Below are positions 37,271 to 38,737 of a stretch of 38,737 nt of DNA, piece by piece (within the stretch, counting starts at the first letter, position 1; each line of letters opens with the position of its first letter). This stretch comes from Chiloscyllium plagiosum. Its lineage: Eukaryota. The stretch is from assembly GCF_004010195.1 (NCBI RefSeq), contig NC_057718.1:80060555-80099291 (forward strand), written 5' to 3'. The notes under the pieces were generated by a model, which saw nothing but the letters and a program-made list of their open reading frames with translations, was not told the DNA's origin and did not search any database. The position numbers and the translations under genes were made by a program.

Positions 37271-37351
37271 TTAAATTTATTCATGGAAAGTGGGTGTTGC
37301 TGGCTGACCAGCATTTCTTACCCATTCCTAATCGCCCTTGAAAAGATGGTG

Positions 37352-37855
37352 CGGAAAGTGAGGACTACAGATGCTGGAGAGTCAGCTTCAAAAAGTGTGG
37401 CATTGGAAAAGCACAGCAGGTCAGGCAGCATCCAAGGAGCAGGAGAGTTGACGTTTCAGGCATAAGCCCTTCATCAGGAATGTGGAGAGGGAAGGGCACT
37501 GAGAGATAAATAGGGGGTTGGAGGTGGGGCTGGGAAAATGTAGCTGGGAAGGTGATAGGTGGATGCAGGTGAAAGGTATAAGTGATAAGTCGGTGGAGCA
37601 GGTGGAGCAGATAGGTGGGAAGGAAGATGAACAGGTAGGACAGGTCAAGAGGGTGGTGCTGAGTGGAGGATTGTATCTGGGATGAAGCAGGGTGGGGGGT
37701 GGGGAGATTTGGAAACTGTGAAGTCGATATTGATGTCGTGTGATTAAAGGGTCCCAATGTGGAAGATGAGGAGTTCTTCCTCCAGTTATTGGGTGACTTG
37801 GATTTGGCAGTGGAGGAGGCCCAGGACTTGCATGTCCTTGGTGGCGTGGGAGGCG
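37352..37855 (-). mobile_element. Family A PLE 3' end (GIY-YIG C-terminus, 3' UTR, terminus)
   Basis: Homologous to about 7035-7530 and to the mini elements; links the mini elements to a coding PLE. Confidence 0.85.
37445..37484 (-). ncRNA. Minimal hammerhead motif (family A)
   Basis: Minus: CACATTC-CTGATGA-A-GGGC-TTAT-GCCT-GAAA-CG-TC. Confidence 0.7.
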
Positions 37856-38247
37856 TTATGGAGGCAATTCCAGAATTTTGACCCAGTGACATTGAAGGTG
37901 TATATGCTTCCTGTATTCCACTTTCTTTGGAGATTGAATGGTTTTCTATTTGATTTATTTATGTACTAAAATGTTGACTTTTCCTTTTGAATGTGTTGTT
38001 GATGTCCTCATGTTTGTCAAGGTTAAAGTGTGTAACATGCAATTTTGTCCTGGATAAAAGTTAGGATAGAACAACTCAGCACTATTCATCAGGAGGTGGA
38101 CTTTTAATGTGACTCATAACTTTGGCACAAGGACCATTTTAGCACAACCATCCAGCAGCATGAGTGGAGTTGCTCACTATCACAGATGTTTTAATGCTAA
38201 TGTGCTAAATAAATGTTCTACATCTTGAGAATACTGCTTATTCAATT

Positions 38248-38737
38248 AATAGAGTCATAGAGTCATAGAGATGTACAGCATGGTCCAGCCCGTCCATTCC
38301 GACCAGATATCCCAACCCAATCTAGTCCCACCTGACAACACCCAGCCCATATCCCTCCAAACCCTTCCTATTCATATACCCATCCAAATGCCTCTTAAAT
38401 GTTGCAATTGTATCAGCCTCAACTACATCGTCTGGCAGCTCATTCCATACATGTACCACCATCTGCGTGAAAATGTTGCCCCTTAGGTCTCTTTTATATC
38501 TTTCCCCACTCACCCTAAACCTATGCCCTCTAGTTCTGGACTCCCTGACCCTATTTATCCTATCCATGCCCCTCATAATTTTGTAAACCTCTATAAGGTC
38601 ACCTCTCAGCCTCTGACGCTCCAGGGAAAACAGCCCCAGCCTGTTCAGCCTCTCCCTGTAGCCCAGATCCTCCAACCCTGGCAACATCCTTGTAAATCTT
38701 TTCTGAACCCTTTCAAGTTTCACAACATCTTTCCGAT
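38248..38737 (-). mobile_element. Relatively young CR1 3' end, cut by the window edge
   Basis: Open 133-aa ORF LERVQKRFTRMLPGL...LRGDLIEVYKIM...WNELP; octamer tail (ATAGAGTC)n at 38249-38270. Confidence 0.92.

Overview
Repeat-rich vertebrate genomic DNA, most likely intronic or intergenic. The repeat content points to a cartilaginous fish (shark), but that is inferred from repeat types and not checked. Most of the window is nested, decayed transposable elements: two near-full-length CR1 LINEs plus fragments, three families of Penelope-like elements (PLE; RT + GIY-YIG, labelled A/B/C here), a truncated Gmr1-like Gypsy LTR element (LTR, tRNA-Pro PBS, SCAN-like gag, protease followed directly by integrase), a PIF/Harbinger transposase relic and SINEs. 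The most striking signal is five short (about 170-340 bp) fold-back insertions made of PLE termini. Each is flanked by a 14-15 bp target-site duplication (TSD) and turns around at or next to a minimal type I hammerhead ribozyme motif (CTGANGA-A-stemII-GAAA-NN-TH). No intact gene is present; there is one candidate 235-nt host exon on the minus strand (22060-22294). Most listed ORFs are TE fragments or shadow ORFs. Boundaries of old elements are approximate.
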